This document shows, piece by piece, positions 1-12,900 of a DNA stretch of 64,000 nt. The notes beneath the pieces are model-generated. The model made no database searches. It was given only the letters and a program-made list of their open reading frames with translations, and was not told where the DNA came from. Positions within the stretch are counted from its first letter, which is position 1. Each line of letters opens with the position of its first letter. The DNA lies in IMG/VR virus record IMGVR_UViG_3300037400_002947, positions 32,001 to 96,000 of that record. One strand, 5' to 3'. Position numbers and translations under genes: made by a program. This DNA is from a virus. Lineage: Duplodnaviria; Caudoviricetes.

Positions 1-86
1 TACGCACTTAGAGTTTTCGCGTGTCCGTACCCATCGTCTTCAAACGTCAGAGCGCCATTATTGACGCTGACTAGCGAATTGCTCAA
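1..86 (-). CDS. 5' end of next tail gene (runs off window)
   Basis: GGAGG then TTG at 86; frame open to window edge; follows the Dit-like gene. Confidence 0.45.
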   Translation of the reverse strand, partial: MSNSLVSVNNGALTFEDDGYGHAKTLSA

Positions 87-101
87 ACGTACACCTCCCT
101 G

Positions 102-884
102 TTAAAGTCCTGTTGTTATCAAATATCTCGCCGTCACCTCAAGCGTCGCATCTCCCGTAAAAGTCCAGACATTCTCGCCGTCAATGAGGTAGGGCCAGTT
201 AAATGAATGTAGGTTGTCAAACGAATATAATGAACCGTCCTCGCGGTACAGTCCGCAATCTCGGATATAAAAGTTTACGCCGTCCGTCATGTCAACAAGG
301 AACTGATCCGTACCTCGCATTGTGATTGACAGAGTTCCCGTGGCATTCGGTCTCACCAGAATAGTCGGATAAACGACCTCTCCGGTCTTTGAGCCATTCG
401 GCGTAATAGTATAAACGCCGTTGTTATCCAGCGTCGCAATTGTATATGTCTGCGGCTTGGTAAAAGCATAGCCGCTAATATTTTCAAAGTGGAACGTCAG
501 CGCATTGTGGTCTCCGTTGAACTGCATGCTCGTGAAACTTCCGATGAAGTCGGTGTTCTCGTACATCACATGATCGCCGTTTCGCGGCACGAGATATAAT
601 ACACGAGGATCGGAGTGAGCAAAAAGCCAGTCGGAGAGTGTCTGCGCATCGGATTTAGAGATGTGATCCTCGGAGCATCTTGCAATCGTGATATCAAACG
701 AGAGGGCAGTATCTGCAATGTGACCATAATAATGCTTCACATAGTTATCGTTTGTAATGCCGCTCTGGTTGATGGTGCGCTGATGCGCCGGATCGGGATC
801 GTTTACCTCGAACGCGACAACAATAAAATCGCTGTTGATTGAACTGAGTGACGTTCCGTCATAGTTAAAGTCTTGTGCGTACAT
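102..884 (-). CDS. Distal tail (Dit)-like protein
   Basis: Immediately downstream of TMP; MYAQDFNYDG..SS start and YAFT motif typical of siphophage Dit; start moved to ATG at 884 after an AGAGG RBS. Confidence 0.7.
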   Translation of the reverse strand: MYAQDFNYDGTSLSSINSDFIVVAFEVNDPDPAHQRTINQSGITNDNYVKHYYGHIADTALSFDITIARCSEDHISKSDAQTLSDWLFAHSDPRVLYLVPRNGDHVMYENTDFIGSFTSMQFNGDHNALTFHFENISGYAFTKPQTYTIATLDNNGVYTITPNGSKTGEVVYPTILVRPNATGTLSITMRGTDQFLVDMTDGVNFYIRDCGLYREDGSLYSFDNLHSFNWPYLIDGENVWTFTGDATLEVTARYLITTGL

Positions 885-940
885 ATTTTTACCTCTATAA
901 AAAGATGAGGTCGCCATTTACGACGACCCCATCGTATCTA

Positions 941-3900
941 TTAGAAAACGCCACGCAGACCCATTTTTCGGAAGGTCTCGCTCATGTCGCGTTTTGTATA
1001 ATCGCATGCCTGCTTCAGGATTTCCTTCAGCCCCGGCAGTGCATCTTTGTCAACGTTGCCGTTGACGGTGAGCAGCGAACCGTAGTTCAGATTGACCGAC
1101 TGTCCGCCGCGCGGTGCTATGTTGCGCAGCACCTGATCAAGATTCATTTTACTCAAATTCCAGAGTGCTTCCGTTTGCGCCTTGGAGAATACGGTGTCAG
1201 AGTCAAGCTGCCTCAAAACACCTTCTTTTGTGATGATTGCTTCGGAGCCGATGCCTTCTTCGTCGGTCAGATACAGACCGCGAGCGTTCCGCGCACCTTT
1301 CGCCGCCTTATGGAGAAACTGAGTATACGCCCAGTACCATGCGCCGTTATACTTAACGTGCGTCCATCCGCCCTTGGTTTGTCCGTCAGTCTCCAGAACA
1401 GTCCCGTTCGCAACCTTTCCCATTTTTGTACCGTTAGGCGAATCCCGAAGGTTGAGGTTGCTACCATCTGTGGTTACCCTCAGCTTATTTCCGGTCGATG
1501 ACGCAGCGGAAGTTGTTGTCGTCTTGGTGACGTTTCCGCCCAACGAGACGATTTTGCTAAGAGTTTTTACACCTGCAATGCCATCCTGAGAAAGACCATA
1601 CTTTTTCTGGAAGTTAATAACAGCAGCCTGTGTCTTTGGACCAAACGCTCCGTCGACAGTAAGACCAGCTCCCATTAACTCGTTGAGCGCCCTCTGAAGA
1701 ACTTTTACATCGTTACCAGAAGAACCGTTTTTAAGATTTTGATTTGTTGTAGAGAATTTATATTTTTTCTCGGTAGTAGTTGTTGTAGTTGTTTGCGCCG
1801 CAGGCTTCGAAGTCGATGTTGTCGTAGAACTCGTAGACGATGACGAAGATGACGATGTCGAAGACGAAGATGACGAAGAACCGTCAGAGCCTACGGACGG
1901 AGCCTTAATGGTCTCGACGTAGTCCTCGACTTTTTCGACGACCTTATCAACATATTTGTCGGTAAGTATTTCAGCCTCACCCTCAGCATTGACAGGACCA
2001 TTCGCACGGTTAGTCTCACTGAGACGTTCCTCTGTAGTTGTTACATCAGAGATGGCATCCTTGTAAGTCTGCACCGCAGCCGTAGCGTTGAGCCACGGAT
2101 TCGTGATGTACTCTTCGAGACTGATGCCAAATACCTGGGTGATTTGGTCGAGCTGTTCGTATGTTGTCGCATACTGTTGCGTTGCAAAGTCAAGAGAAGA
2201 TTGGATGGCGTTCTCTTGGTTGGCGAGAGAGTACTCAAGCGCCTTGGTTGTGGCATCCTGAATCTCTTTGAACTTCTCAAGTTCTTCATCGTAAGTCTGA
2301 GTCACTACTTCATACTCGTGGTCGAGCCGCTGTTCGCGCAGTTCGTCTTCCTTCTTCTGGAGGTCTGCACGAAGCTTCGCCGCTCTAGCCTGAGCAGCCA
2401 TAGTGGTGTCGCCAGACAGCGCCGCAATCTGAGCACGGATGCTGTTGATTTCCGTCGTCTTTTCATTGACGGTCTTAGCCCAGTCGCGTGCCTCTTTCTG
2501 TTTCTTCAAGTCTTCCTTACGCTTGTCGATCAGCTTGGACATCGCCTCGGTCTCGGCGTTTATACCTTCCTTGACGAGACTAATGACAGCGTCGCGGTAC
2601 TTCTTGACTTCGCCGACGGCAGCCATCTGCTGTTCGCGGTAGTCGCGCATCTCTTCATTGTACTGCTTCTGGTTGATTACACCTTTGGCAAGTTCTATGT
2701 CGAGCGTTGCGATTGCGTTGTTGTAGTCCTCAACCTTGCGGCGAGAGTTGCCCATCGCCGAAGCGTAAAGGTCAAGCTGGGTTATTCCGGCTTCGGTAAT
2801 AGAAGCGTTATCACGGAACACCGTCAAATCACCAATGAGGTCGACGGTGCTGTCTATCTGTTTGTTCATGTGCTCAAGGATCGCAACAGCCTCTTTCCAG
2901 TTGCTCCAGTTGACTTCACGAATCAGTTCGTTGATGTTCTTCAGTTCGATTTCGGCTTGAACCATTTCGTCCTGAAGTTTCAGCAAATCTGTCTGAGCCT
3001 GCTTGAGTTCCTGGGAGCCTGCCGCCATTTCGCCGTTGGCAAGCTGTTTCTCCATTTCTTCCTTGAACACTCTATATGCTTTAGTATTATCAGAAATGAT
3101 TTCGTTCTGCCGCGCCGCCATCTCAACCAGCTGTTCGATGCTCTTGACTCCGGTATTCTTCTCATAAAGATCGTTCATGGAAGATGCGAGGTCGTAAGCC
3201 TGCTGTGCGTATTCATTCATCGACTGGAAGTCGTCGAGAATGTCGTCAAGTTTCTGGCGGGAGAGATCGAGTATCTCTTTGTTGAGTTCGCGAATCGTGT
3301 CGGAGCAGGCCAAGGCCTTTTCATCATTTATCTTTAGTCGGTTCGCTACGCCGACCGCAACCTAAGTTGCCTCATGGTTTCCCATGAGATGAGACTATAT
3401 CTTTTACCCATAAATAAAGTCCTTAACAAGTTGTTCGATATTGCCGCCTTCCCAATAAGGGATTCGTAATATCGGTATATTATGTTCCTTACAATAATTG
3501 TTCTTAATTGTGTCATGCTTGACAGTCATTGCGTGATTTCTATTATTAACTTCCTCAAAATGTTGCATGCCGTCAAATTCAATAATTTTATTTTCATTCG
3601 GAAGATAAAAGTCGAACGGCAATTTCCTTTTGTCCCTACAATCATCAAATTTATATTCTCTAATGAACGGTATTGAAATGCTATTAAGACAATCGGATAT
3701 CAGCTTTTCGCCGCGACTAGTCGCCATCGAACAACTCTTGCATTTGTTAACACCCTTCTTTGTATAATTGTAAAACGACGTATGAAACTCATTACCGCAC
3801 GAACATCTTATTCTTAAATTTCGAACATGTGTTCCAGTATAGTCGTCTGGATTAAGAAGGGTATTTCCATTAATTGAATCGACGGTTTTTTTTACTTGGT

Positions 3901-6900
3901 CTGATGACAATCTGAGCTTGTCACCAACAGATTTTCTTCCGCAATAATAACATCCGTGTTCGTGTATCATATTGTCGACGGTTATATTTCGCACTCCATG
4001 TATTGGGCATACATATGAAATTGTAGTTGAACTTTTTAGTGTACAATTTGTTGGAAATAATAATTTATAACCCTTTTTGTTACAAATAGAATCTAACTGT
4101 TTTTTATATAAATTGCTTTGCCTCTCATTTCTTAGCTCATTAGCTTTCTTTGGCGCACAATTTGAGCATGCACACTTCTCGCCGCGAGCAACTGCGCGTG
4201 CAACGGTTCCATATAAAGTAGAATATTCTTTGTAACAATAATCACATTTTACACTTACCGCAGTTCTGCTATATTCTGAAAGATCTTTTGCTTTTATTTG
4301 CACCTCGTCGCCAAAATGAGTAAATTTATATCCAAGGGCTTTTAGTCGAGTTATATTTGAATTGTGCCACTTAACAGTGACCAATTGATTTTCATCAAAA
4401 ATAAAAAGACACCTCCTTTTGGAGATGACTTTAAAATGGGTAATTCACTTTTTCGAATCGCCAATCGCTTGCGATTCTACTCCTATAAGGATAGTCGTTG
4501 AACGTTTCTCTATTCGAGACTTCGCTGCTGATTGCCGACGTATCGTTATTCTTTTTAAACCTTCACGCTTACGCATATTTCATCGTTACGTTGTGGTGAA
4601 TAACGCTTTACGGTTTTCCAGCAATTAAATGAAATTCATTATTACTAAAATAATGGGCATGTTGTAATACCATTCAGTATATTGTTGAATTTGCTCCTTG
4701 AGATTCTCATTCGAAATCATCTCAATGTCTATCGTGCCGTTGCGAACCTTCTTGGCGTATGATTCTGCGAGTCCAACGTCGTTGGCTTCCTGCATGTAGC
4801 GCCAGTACGCTTGCTGATTGTATGTGATATTCTTCTTCGCCTGATCGATGGCGCTGTTGAGTTCTTTAATCTGGTTTGCGTACGTTACCCAGTAGTCGCC
4901 CATGTCTTTGAAGTTGTCAAAGAGTCTGGCGACGCGAGAGAGCAGTACTTCAATCCAGTCTTTTATCTCTTTCTCGATTTCAGACTTAGCGGAGGTTGAG
5001 TTGCCGCCATTTCCAGACGAAGAAGTCTTCGTGGTAGAAGACTTTGTTTTCGCCGTTGTAAATTTTGTGTCGTAGTATTTCCATCGTCCGGACACGCTTG
5101 CATGCGCAGGACCGCCAACCGTACCTTGCGCACGAGCCATTTTTGCATAGCCATGCTGAATATATCCATTCTTTAGAAGCTCTTCGGTCTGCTTAGAGTT
5201 GAAGATTATATCATCCTTCTTGAGCGGATAGCCAATCGTCGGGCGACCGTTATTCGGAATAAACCAGTTACTTCCTCTGACCACCAGCTCGGGGCCGACC
5301 TCGTTGATTAGAGCATTTTCGTCGCGCTTAAGACCCCAGTTGCCGTGACCCTTTGCGAAGGCTGTGCCTTGGGCGTGAGCGGTGCCGTTAGCCTGAGCTG
5401 TTCGAATATTAATAGTTTTTGATGCAACTCTTACTCCTGTGTTTGCAAGTTCTTGTAACTTTCTTACTGCCGTATCTATCTGGCTGAGTCCAGTAACGTT
5501 AATGCCTACTCCAACGGTTCTCCCTGTAACCTGATTGATTGAATTTTTAAGAAGGTTGACATCGTTAGTGCCGATAGCCTTTGCAATGACTTGTACTTTT
5601 CGGTCGTAAACGCCATCCTCAGCCTTCTGTAACGCTAACACTTCTTCCTCGCCAAGCGCTTCAACCAAAATGCGTTTTGCGATTTCTTCTGGAGTTCCTT
5701 CAAATTCACCAAGAATTGTCTGTACTTTGTAGACGTTGGGGTCGGCATTTGCTTCGACGGTAATTTTTGTATGTTCTTCTTTATTATGAACGTCGGTCGT
5801 AGTGTTGTGCACTTCGTTACTTGTAATCTTTGATTCTCTTCGTTCGACGTTCTCCTGTGTTCTGTTTACGGTTTTTTGAGGTTTAATTCGCGCCGCCCCA
5901 AGTTCAACTTTCAGTCCAGAAGATGAGCCGTCAAGACCAAGCTGTTTCATTAACGCTTCTGCGTCGTCTGTTGGCTCAAGACCAAGTTCCTTCTGTATGT
6001 TTTTGTTCGCGAGAAGCAGATCTATAAATTCACGGTCATCGTCGCTCAGAACGACCAGACCGTCATGCTTATTAATAGTTTCTATGTCTTCTTTTAATTT
6101 GCTAAGCGCCGCCTCGTACTGTTTAAACTGGTCGACGGTCAGTGTCCCAGATGTTCCAGGAGCCTCAAGCTCTCCCTTTAAATCAAGACATATCTGAAGT
6201 AATTCGCGAAGTGCTGCCACCTGCGAATCGTCCATGTTGACGGTTGCGGGATCGGCGAGAATGTTTTTAATCGCACTAATCTTTTGTTCCAAATCCGAAA
6301 CGGATCTTACTTTGCTAAGGTCGAACAGTTCTTCTGCGTTGAAATCGCTTGAATAATCGTCGCGACCCTTGCTCGCTTTGTCCCAGTTCTTTTTAGCCTC
6401 GACGGCACGATCACTCATTTCCTTGATTGAGTCAGCCTGTTCGCGCGTCATCCAGGTGAGTTCAGCGCCGTAGTCATTCATCTTTTCGAGAATGGCTTCA
6501 ATCATGTCGACGGACGTATGCATCTTCTTAGCAAGTTCTTCGGTGTCAAGATCGTCGAAAACAATTGCACCATCTTCAAGACTAGCCTCTCCAAGATCTA
6601 CAAGAGCTTTTGCAAAACTGTTGCATCCTTCCTGTCCTTCGGAGAAGAAGTTGCGTAACGTCATGTTTGTGCCATCGATGGCCGTGTCAAGTTCTTTATA
6701 TGCAGATATTACCTGATCAACAGACGCAGTCGAAAGATCCTGCCCAGAGATAAGTTCCGCCAACGCGCGGAATTCGTTTGTGCCGACTAGTCCAGCTTTA
6801 TACAATTCGTCTGCGCGAGAGACCGCTGTCTTCGTGATGTTGTCGTAGATGTCGCCACGTTCTCCGGCGGATTGTGCATCAAGCCATTTCTGGTATGCCG

Positions 6901-9900
6901 ATGTCGCGCCTTCGTAAGCTGTCTTAAGGTAGTCGAGTTCAGAAAGCTGTTTGCGTATATCATCAATTTGACCCTGGGCTTTGCTTCGTGCGGATTCATT
7001 CTGAGCGGTCGCAAGTTGCTTATTCGCTTCCGTAAGTTTCTTTGTCAAATCTTGTTGCTGTTTTAAGAATTTGCTGCGCGTAATTTTATCCTGCTGAGAC
7101 TTGAGTTTGCGGAGCTGCTTCTCATTAAGCTTTACGCCGTTCGCCGTCTTGCGGAAGAGGTCTGCGGGGTTAAATCCTTCGAGGTCTGCGAATGCATTCT
7201 TGATTGTAATGAGGTCGCCTTCGAGCGCTCCGGTTTCCTCGTTGACCGAAAGGCTGAGACCCTTGCCACCTGCTGCCGACGCGAGCGCGGCGTTAACGGA
7301 ATCGAGGGTTGTGAGAGTAGAGCCGATAGATTTCTTAAAATTATTGAATTCGGTGGAGATTGAGTCTCCTACGTCAGCAGCAACAGTTTTAATAGCTCCT
7401 AAATCTTGCGCTATTTTGATAAGTTCTTCATCGGAAAGACCAAGAGCATTTTGCATGTAAAGCAGCTCTCCGGACATTTTTCGTAAATTACCATCAAACG
7501 CCGTAGGATTGTTTATTAGGTTGAGCAAATCAATATCGTCAAAATCGTAATCTTTTAATTCGTCAAACGATTTTTTAAGTATAGTTACTTCGTCAATATA
7601 TGGATTCGTATTTGATGGGTTTTCTGATAATGCGTTTTTGACGTTAAAAATCTTCTCCTCAACTTCATCAACTTGTGAACCTACCTCGGCCAAGCCTATT
7701 TTAATTCCATTGTTATTGGCGAAAGTGTTCAAATCGTTGATGGCACCTTGCATGGTGGCACGCAACGAATCTATCTCTTCTGATTTGCCAGATGTTAACG
7801 CTTCATTGTACTTGTCAACGGCATCGCTAGCAGCATCAAGGACTCCTCTGCCTCCTTTGGAAAGAATCTGCATCTCAACATAGTGATTATACGTGTCGGC
7901 GAGATCTTTATACGAATCAGATATTTTTCCCGTTTGCGCTGACACTTCATTGATAACACTCTCGACGTAAGATGCTTTAGCGACATCTCCGATTTCTTCA
8001 TAGCCAGCCTTAATCTCATATAGCTTTTTTGTAAGAATGTCTGCATTCTCGGCTAGCTTTGAGATGTCTCCACCTTCAACAACGATATTAGACCCAGTGT
8101 CAATATCGCGATAAAAATCCTTGACTATTCCAGTTTCGCGCATTGCTCTTTCCATCTCTTCGGCAAATTCGCGCGTACCATCGTCAGTTATCTGTGGTGC
8201 AATTTGCAATTTGATGTCGTCGTAATTCTTCTCAAAACGCTTTGCAACTTCTTTGTATTCTTTCTTATTTTCTCTTAAATTTGTCCGTGCTTCCTTCTCT
8301 GAAATTTGATCAAGAATCTGAAGCTGTTTATTCAAATCTCCATTTATTAAATCTACGCCTCTGGCTTGAGATCCATATTCATCGGTTATTTTTTGTTGTA
8401 TTGAATATATTTCCTGTTTTATCTGATATCTTTCCGACTCAGAAAGATTTTCAGAATCTAATTGTGCACGTAAATCCGTTAACTGATCGCCATAATCTTT
8501 AAGTGAAATACTTGCAGAATTCCAATCTTCCGCACTAGCCTTAGCGCCTTTGATTAAATCCTCCTTGTAATTCTTGTAAGCGGCATATATCGCACCTCCT
8601 ATAAGAAGAGCAATAGCGCCGCCAGCGAGGACTGGCCCCAAGCCGGACAATATGCCAGAGCCAAGAATACCGCCTACTTTTGGCGCGGCTGAACCAACAG
8701 CAACTGCCGCTCCATTTGCTACCGCCTCTCCGGCCTCTTTACCAATCGCAACGGCAGTACTTTTGTTTATACGTAACAGATTGCCTAATATACTATCTGC
8801 CGTACCTCCTGTTTTATAATCAGTTATTCCTTTTATAAGATTAGCAATAAGACCTTGATTTCCAAGAAACCCCTTCGCAGCATCAATGCCAAGAAACGCA
8901 GTAACGATTGATGTGCCACTCCCAAGCGTTTCTACGATTTTATCTACAATTTGTAAAAACGTATTTGCTGTCTCTATAAGTCCTTTAAGAAGTTCAGAGC
9001 TTAAAAAGTCATTCGCTAATTCTTCAAGACTTGCCCTCGCTCTATCTATGGAATACTGTACTGATTGTGCATAGTTCTCCTGTTCACGAGCGGCCGATCC
9101 GGCAGCGCCCTGTGCAGATTTGTACGCTTTTTCAAGTTGCTGTGTATTGTTTAATACAGCAAAGAGGGCATTGGCCCCACGTTTTCCTGCAAGACTTTCC
9201 GCCAAACTTGCTTGTTCTATATCTGTGAGAGTTTTCCACTCCTTACCTATACCGAGCAGGATTTCATAAATATCCTTGTAAGTATTCTCATCTTCCATAA
9301 TATCAAAGCCAGTGAGCTGTTTTATTAAATCTCTAAGCTTTGATGTAGTCTGTGTAAACTCATCCTCTTCTTCGCCAAGGTCTGCTAACTCTGTCTTAGC
9401 ACCGCGAATTCTAGCGGACATCGTTTTGAATATTGTACCGACAGATTCCGGATTTTGAAGAACTGCATTTGCCGTCGTTACAAGAGCAATCGATTTATTC
9501 AAATCTGTGCCGGAAGCGTTGAATGCTGCGGCAGAACGTTGAAGAGCCTCACCAATTCCTGCCGTATCAATTGCAAAATTATTTGCGACCTCGTTAACCG
9601 AATCAACAACGCGCTCTGCCTGAGAAGCATCAATCTGAAATCCTTGTAACATACTGACTAGAGACTGACTAGCGGTCTCCTGTGTCATATTGTCGCCAAC
9701 GGTTTGATAGAGTTGTGTGACTCTTGCAAGATCCTCGGCCTGATCGATTGAATAGCCAAGTCTAGCCCAATCTGCCGTTGAATTAATAACGTCAGTAATG
9801 GTTGAACCGAGTTCTTGTGCTGTCTCAGATGAGCGTGAAAAACTTTGCTGTATTCGTGTATTCGATGCATCTGAAACTTTCTTTAATTCTGTAAGCGCCG

Positions 9901-12900
9901 AATTCGTCTGGGTGACAGTTTGAGCAAGCTCGCGACCGTAACGGATTATATCTCTGAAACTGAAATATTGGGCAAGGAATTGAGCTGCCTGATTTGTTAA
10001 TGCCGACGAAAACTGATGTTGGAAGCTTTTAATATTTTGCCCGGAATCTTTGATTTCTCCATTGAGGCGAATCCACTCGTTAATAAAATCTTGGAGTTGC
10101 TTCTTGGTAATTGATGAAACACCCTTGGCAGTTCCCTCTTCTCCAACACGGACATCCTCTAAGACACTTCTAAGCTTTTCATAATCAGCCAAGAGCGACC
10201 CAGACAGGCTGCTGCCAGCCATATCTGATTTAACTTTGTTGAGCAGTTTGTCAACTTGTCCAGTAGACGCCATTATATTGTCGGCGTTAGACAGTTTTCC
10301 ACTCTTGAGTTCTTGTTTGATGCCGTCGAGTACATTCTTATACTCGTCGAGTTGCTTTGTGTCCCACGCCTCAGATGCATCGTGGTTTTTTTCTGCATCG
10401 ATAATTTCTTGTAGAGATGTTTTTAAATCTTCGAGATGTTGATTATATTCATCTGAATAGTTGTTTTTGTTTTGAGCAGCATTTATTCGATCATACAATT
10501 CCTTTGCGGAATTCGCTGTCTTTTCGAACTGAGCACCTGCGTCATTCTGCTCTTTTGCAGTTTCTGACACCTGTTGTTTTAATTTAGAAAGACTATCCCT
10601 CAGCTCATCGATGGAATCTTTCGCCTTATCAAAGTTGGCAAATCTATTCTCTAGGTCTTCAATGTCACTTCCGTATATACTGCTTAAATATTCACTGCCA
10701 TTAATCGTTTCTTTTAACTTGTTAAGATTTTTCTTATCTGTCTGAGTTACGCCACGTTTTCTTTTGCCACCAGACTTTTCGCTACTTGACGTCTTACTTC
10801 CATCGTATCCGCCCATTTTATCAAACGCTTCAGCTTCCGCTTTGATATTTGGCAATACATCTTCTATGATTGCGCCAAGATTCACGTTTTCTTCTGTAAC
10901 AAGTTCTTTAGCAGCGGCTGCGTCCAATCCGGCTTCCGCCAAATCCTTAAATGCCTTTGTTTCTGATTCTAATCTTGCGACTGAATACCCGACTTGTGCC
11001 ATTAGCTTTTGGTTGTCTTCGGTGAATAATTCTTTCGCAACAGCCGCATCGAGTGCCGCCTTCTCTATTGAATTAAAAACTTCAGATTCATTGTTAGATA
11101 TTTTGCCGTCGCTTTTTTGTTCAGAAAAGGCATTGGCGGTTGATTGTTCCTTTACATCTTTATTGTTGGCCTTCAGGGCATCAATAACACTTTGTTTTCT
11201 CGCAGATTCTGACTGCCAATATTGATTATCTTCTATGAGCTGATTGTTGTCGTGGGTTAAAGTATCGACGGTCTCTTGTAATTTTCCAAGTTGTTCATCA
11301 TAAAATTTATGATTTTCCCGTATACGTTCGTCGGCCGCCTCCAATTGTTCTTGCAATTCTTCTACCTTGCCCAAAAACGTATCAGATTCGTCAGCCAAGC
11401 CACGGTTTTCATCTTGCAATTGATGAATTTGCTGAACCGCGTCATCATACAACCCAGTTGATTCATCTAGCTTAGCATTAGCATCAGCTAGCTCTTTTTC
11501 TTTAGCCTGAACTTTTTCTAGTAGTTCAGATTCCCTTTGAGATATTTGTTGAGAGGCAGACAGGAAGTCTTTATCGCCCCGTTCGAGAGATTCGGTTGTG
11601 CCAGTACTGGTTTGGCTAACACCATCAATATCTTTATCCGCTTCTTGTAAAAATCGTTGTGCTTCACTTAACGCATTTTGTTTCTGTTCTAATTGTTTAT
11701 AGAACTCCGCCTCTTGCTCTGATACTTGTCGCGCGGATGATACAATATCTGTATTTTCTAAAGATTCAATCCGACCAAGAAATGAATCCATTTGATTTTT
11801 AGACAGATAGGAACCTATATACTCTTTGATTTCAGATGGATCATTAGTGGTGTAATCGCTTGACCTAGTGGCTAGATCAATAAATGAGAAGCCATTTGCT
11901 TTATCGTATAAGACATTATCTCCATTAACATCTACAAACAGTCCTGAATCAGATAATATTTTTATATCGCTTATAAGCTTCTTTATTTGTTCATCAGTTG
12001 CATCCAGAAAATCAAGATTGTCTTGGCCAATGATTTCTCCCTTCGCCGTTTCCTGTATCTCGTAAACAAGACCATTGGCTTCGTCTTTTATCGTTCCGAC
12101 AATACGAGCAACATTTGCGCCTGCTTCCGCAGCTTTGTCAAGCGCCGGGATAAGACTCTGAGTTTTAGCTTCATATTCTAAATCTCTTGCTATGAGCGTG
12201 TAGTCGTCACCTACAAAACCGCCACGATTTGAATAACCATCAGTTATTTCTTTCGCAGTAATTTTACCCTCTTTTAAAAATCCAAGTCTCTCTAAAAGAT
12301 GTTGACCATCTACGGTAGAAGCAATAGACTCTATGCCTTCAACGCCATTTCCAACGTCAGCAATTGCATCAATAAACTTTTTAAAATCATTTATAAAATC
12401 TGACGTTTCATCTTTAACATTCTCAGCTTCCTTTTGAGCTACTTGTACCTTCGTTTTTGCAACATTAATATTCTCAATTGCTTCTTCAATCTCTGGAACT
12501 TCAACAGATTCACTTAAAGATTTAAGCTTTAAATCCTTATTGATTGATTTATGGTCGAAAGTTTTTTGAGATGATTTTGTTTGAATGTCGGTTAATATTT
12601 TATATAATTCAGTTTTCGTGATATCCTGTGGGTACGGATCGTCTTCCGGTGTGAAATCGACCATTAAGCTCTCAATAATGTTTTTGGGATTTTCGGCTTT
12701 TTTACGAAGTATTTTTTCAAATACGGCCCTATAAACAGATTTGGCTAATTCTTCGTTTTTTTTACTATCATTTATTAATCCAAAATCTACAATGGGTGTG
12801 TTTTTCAAATTGTTTAGCCAATCGTATACTACACTTCCCAACATGGTGGAATCACCAGGATTACCAGCGTAGCCAGCGCTAATGCCGTTCAAGCCAAGCT

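Noticed and set aside
1770-1890. GACGAA/GATGAC and GTT repeats as a DNA repeat array
   Set aside because: They encode the Ser/Thr linker of the TMP
2144-3337. Long antisense ORFs (e.g. 397 aa here, 266 aa at 17925-18725, many at 46-56 kb)
   Set aside because: Shadows of codon bias on the opposite strand of real genes; no RBS or motifs
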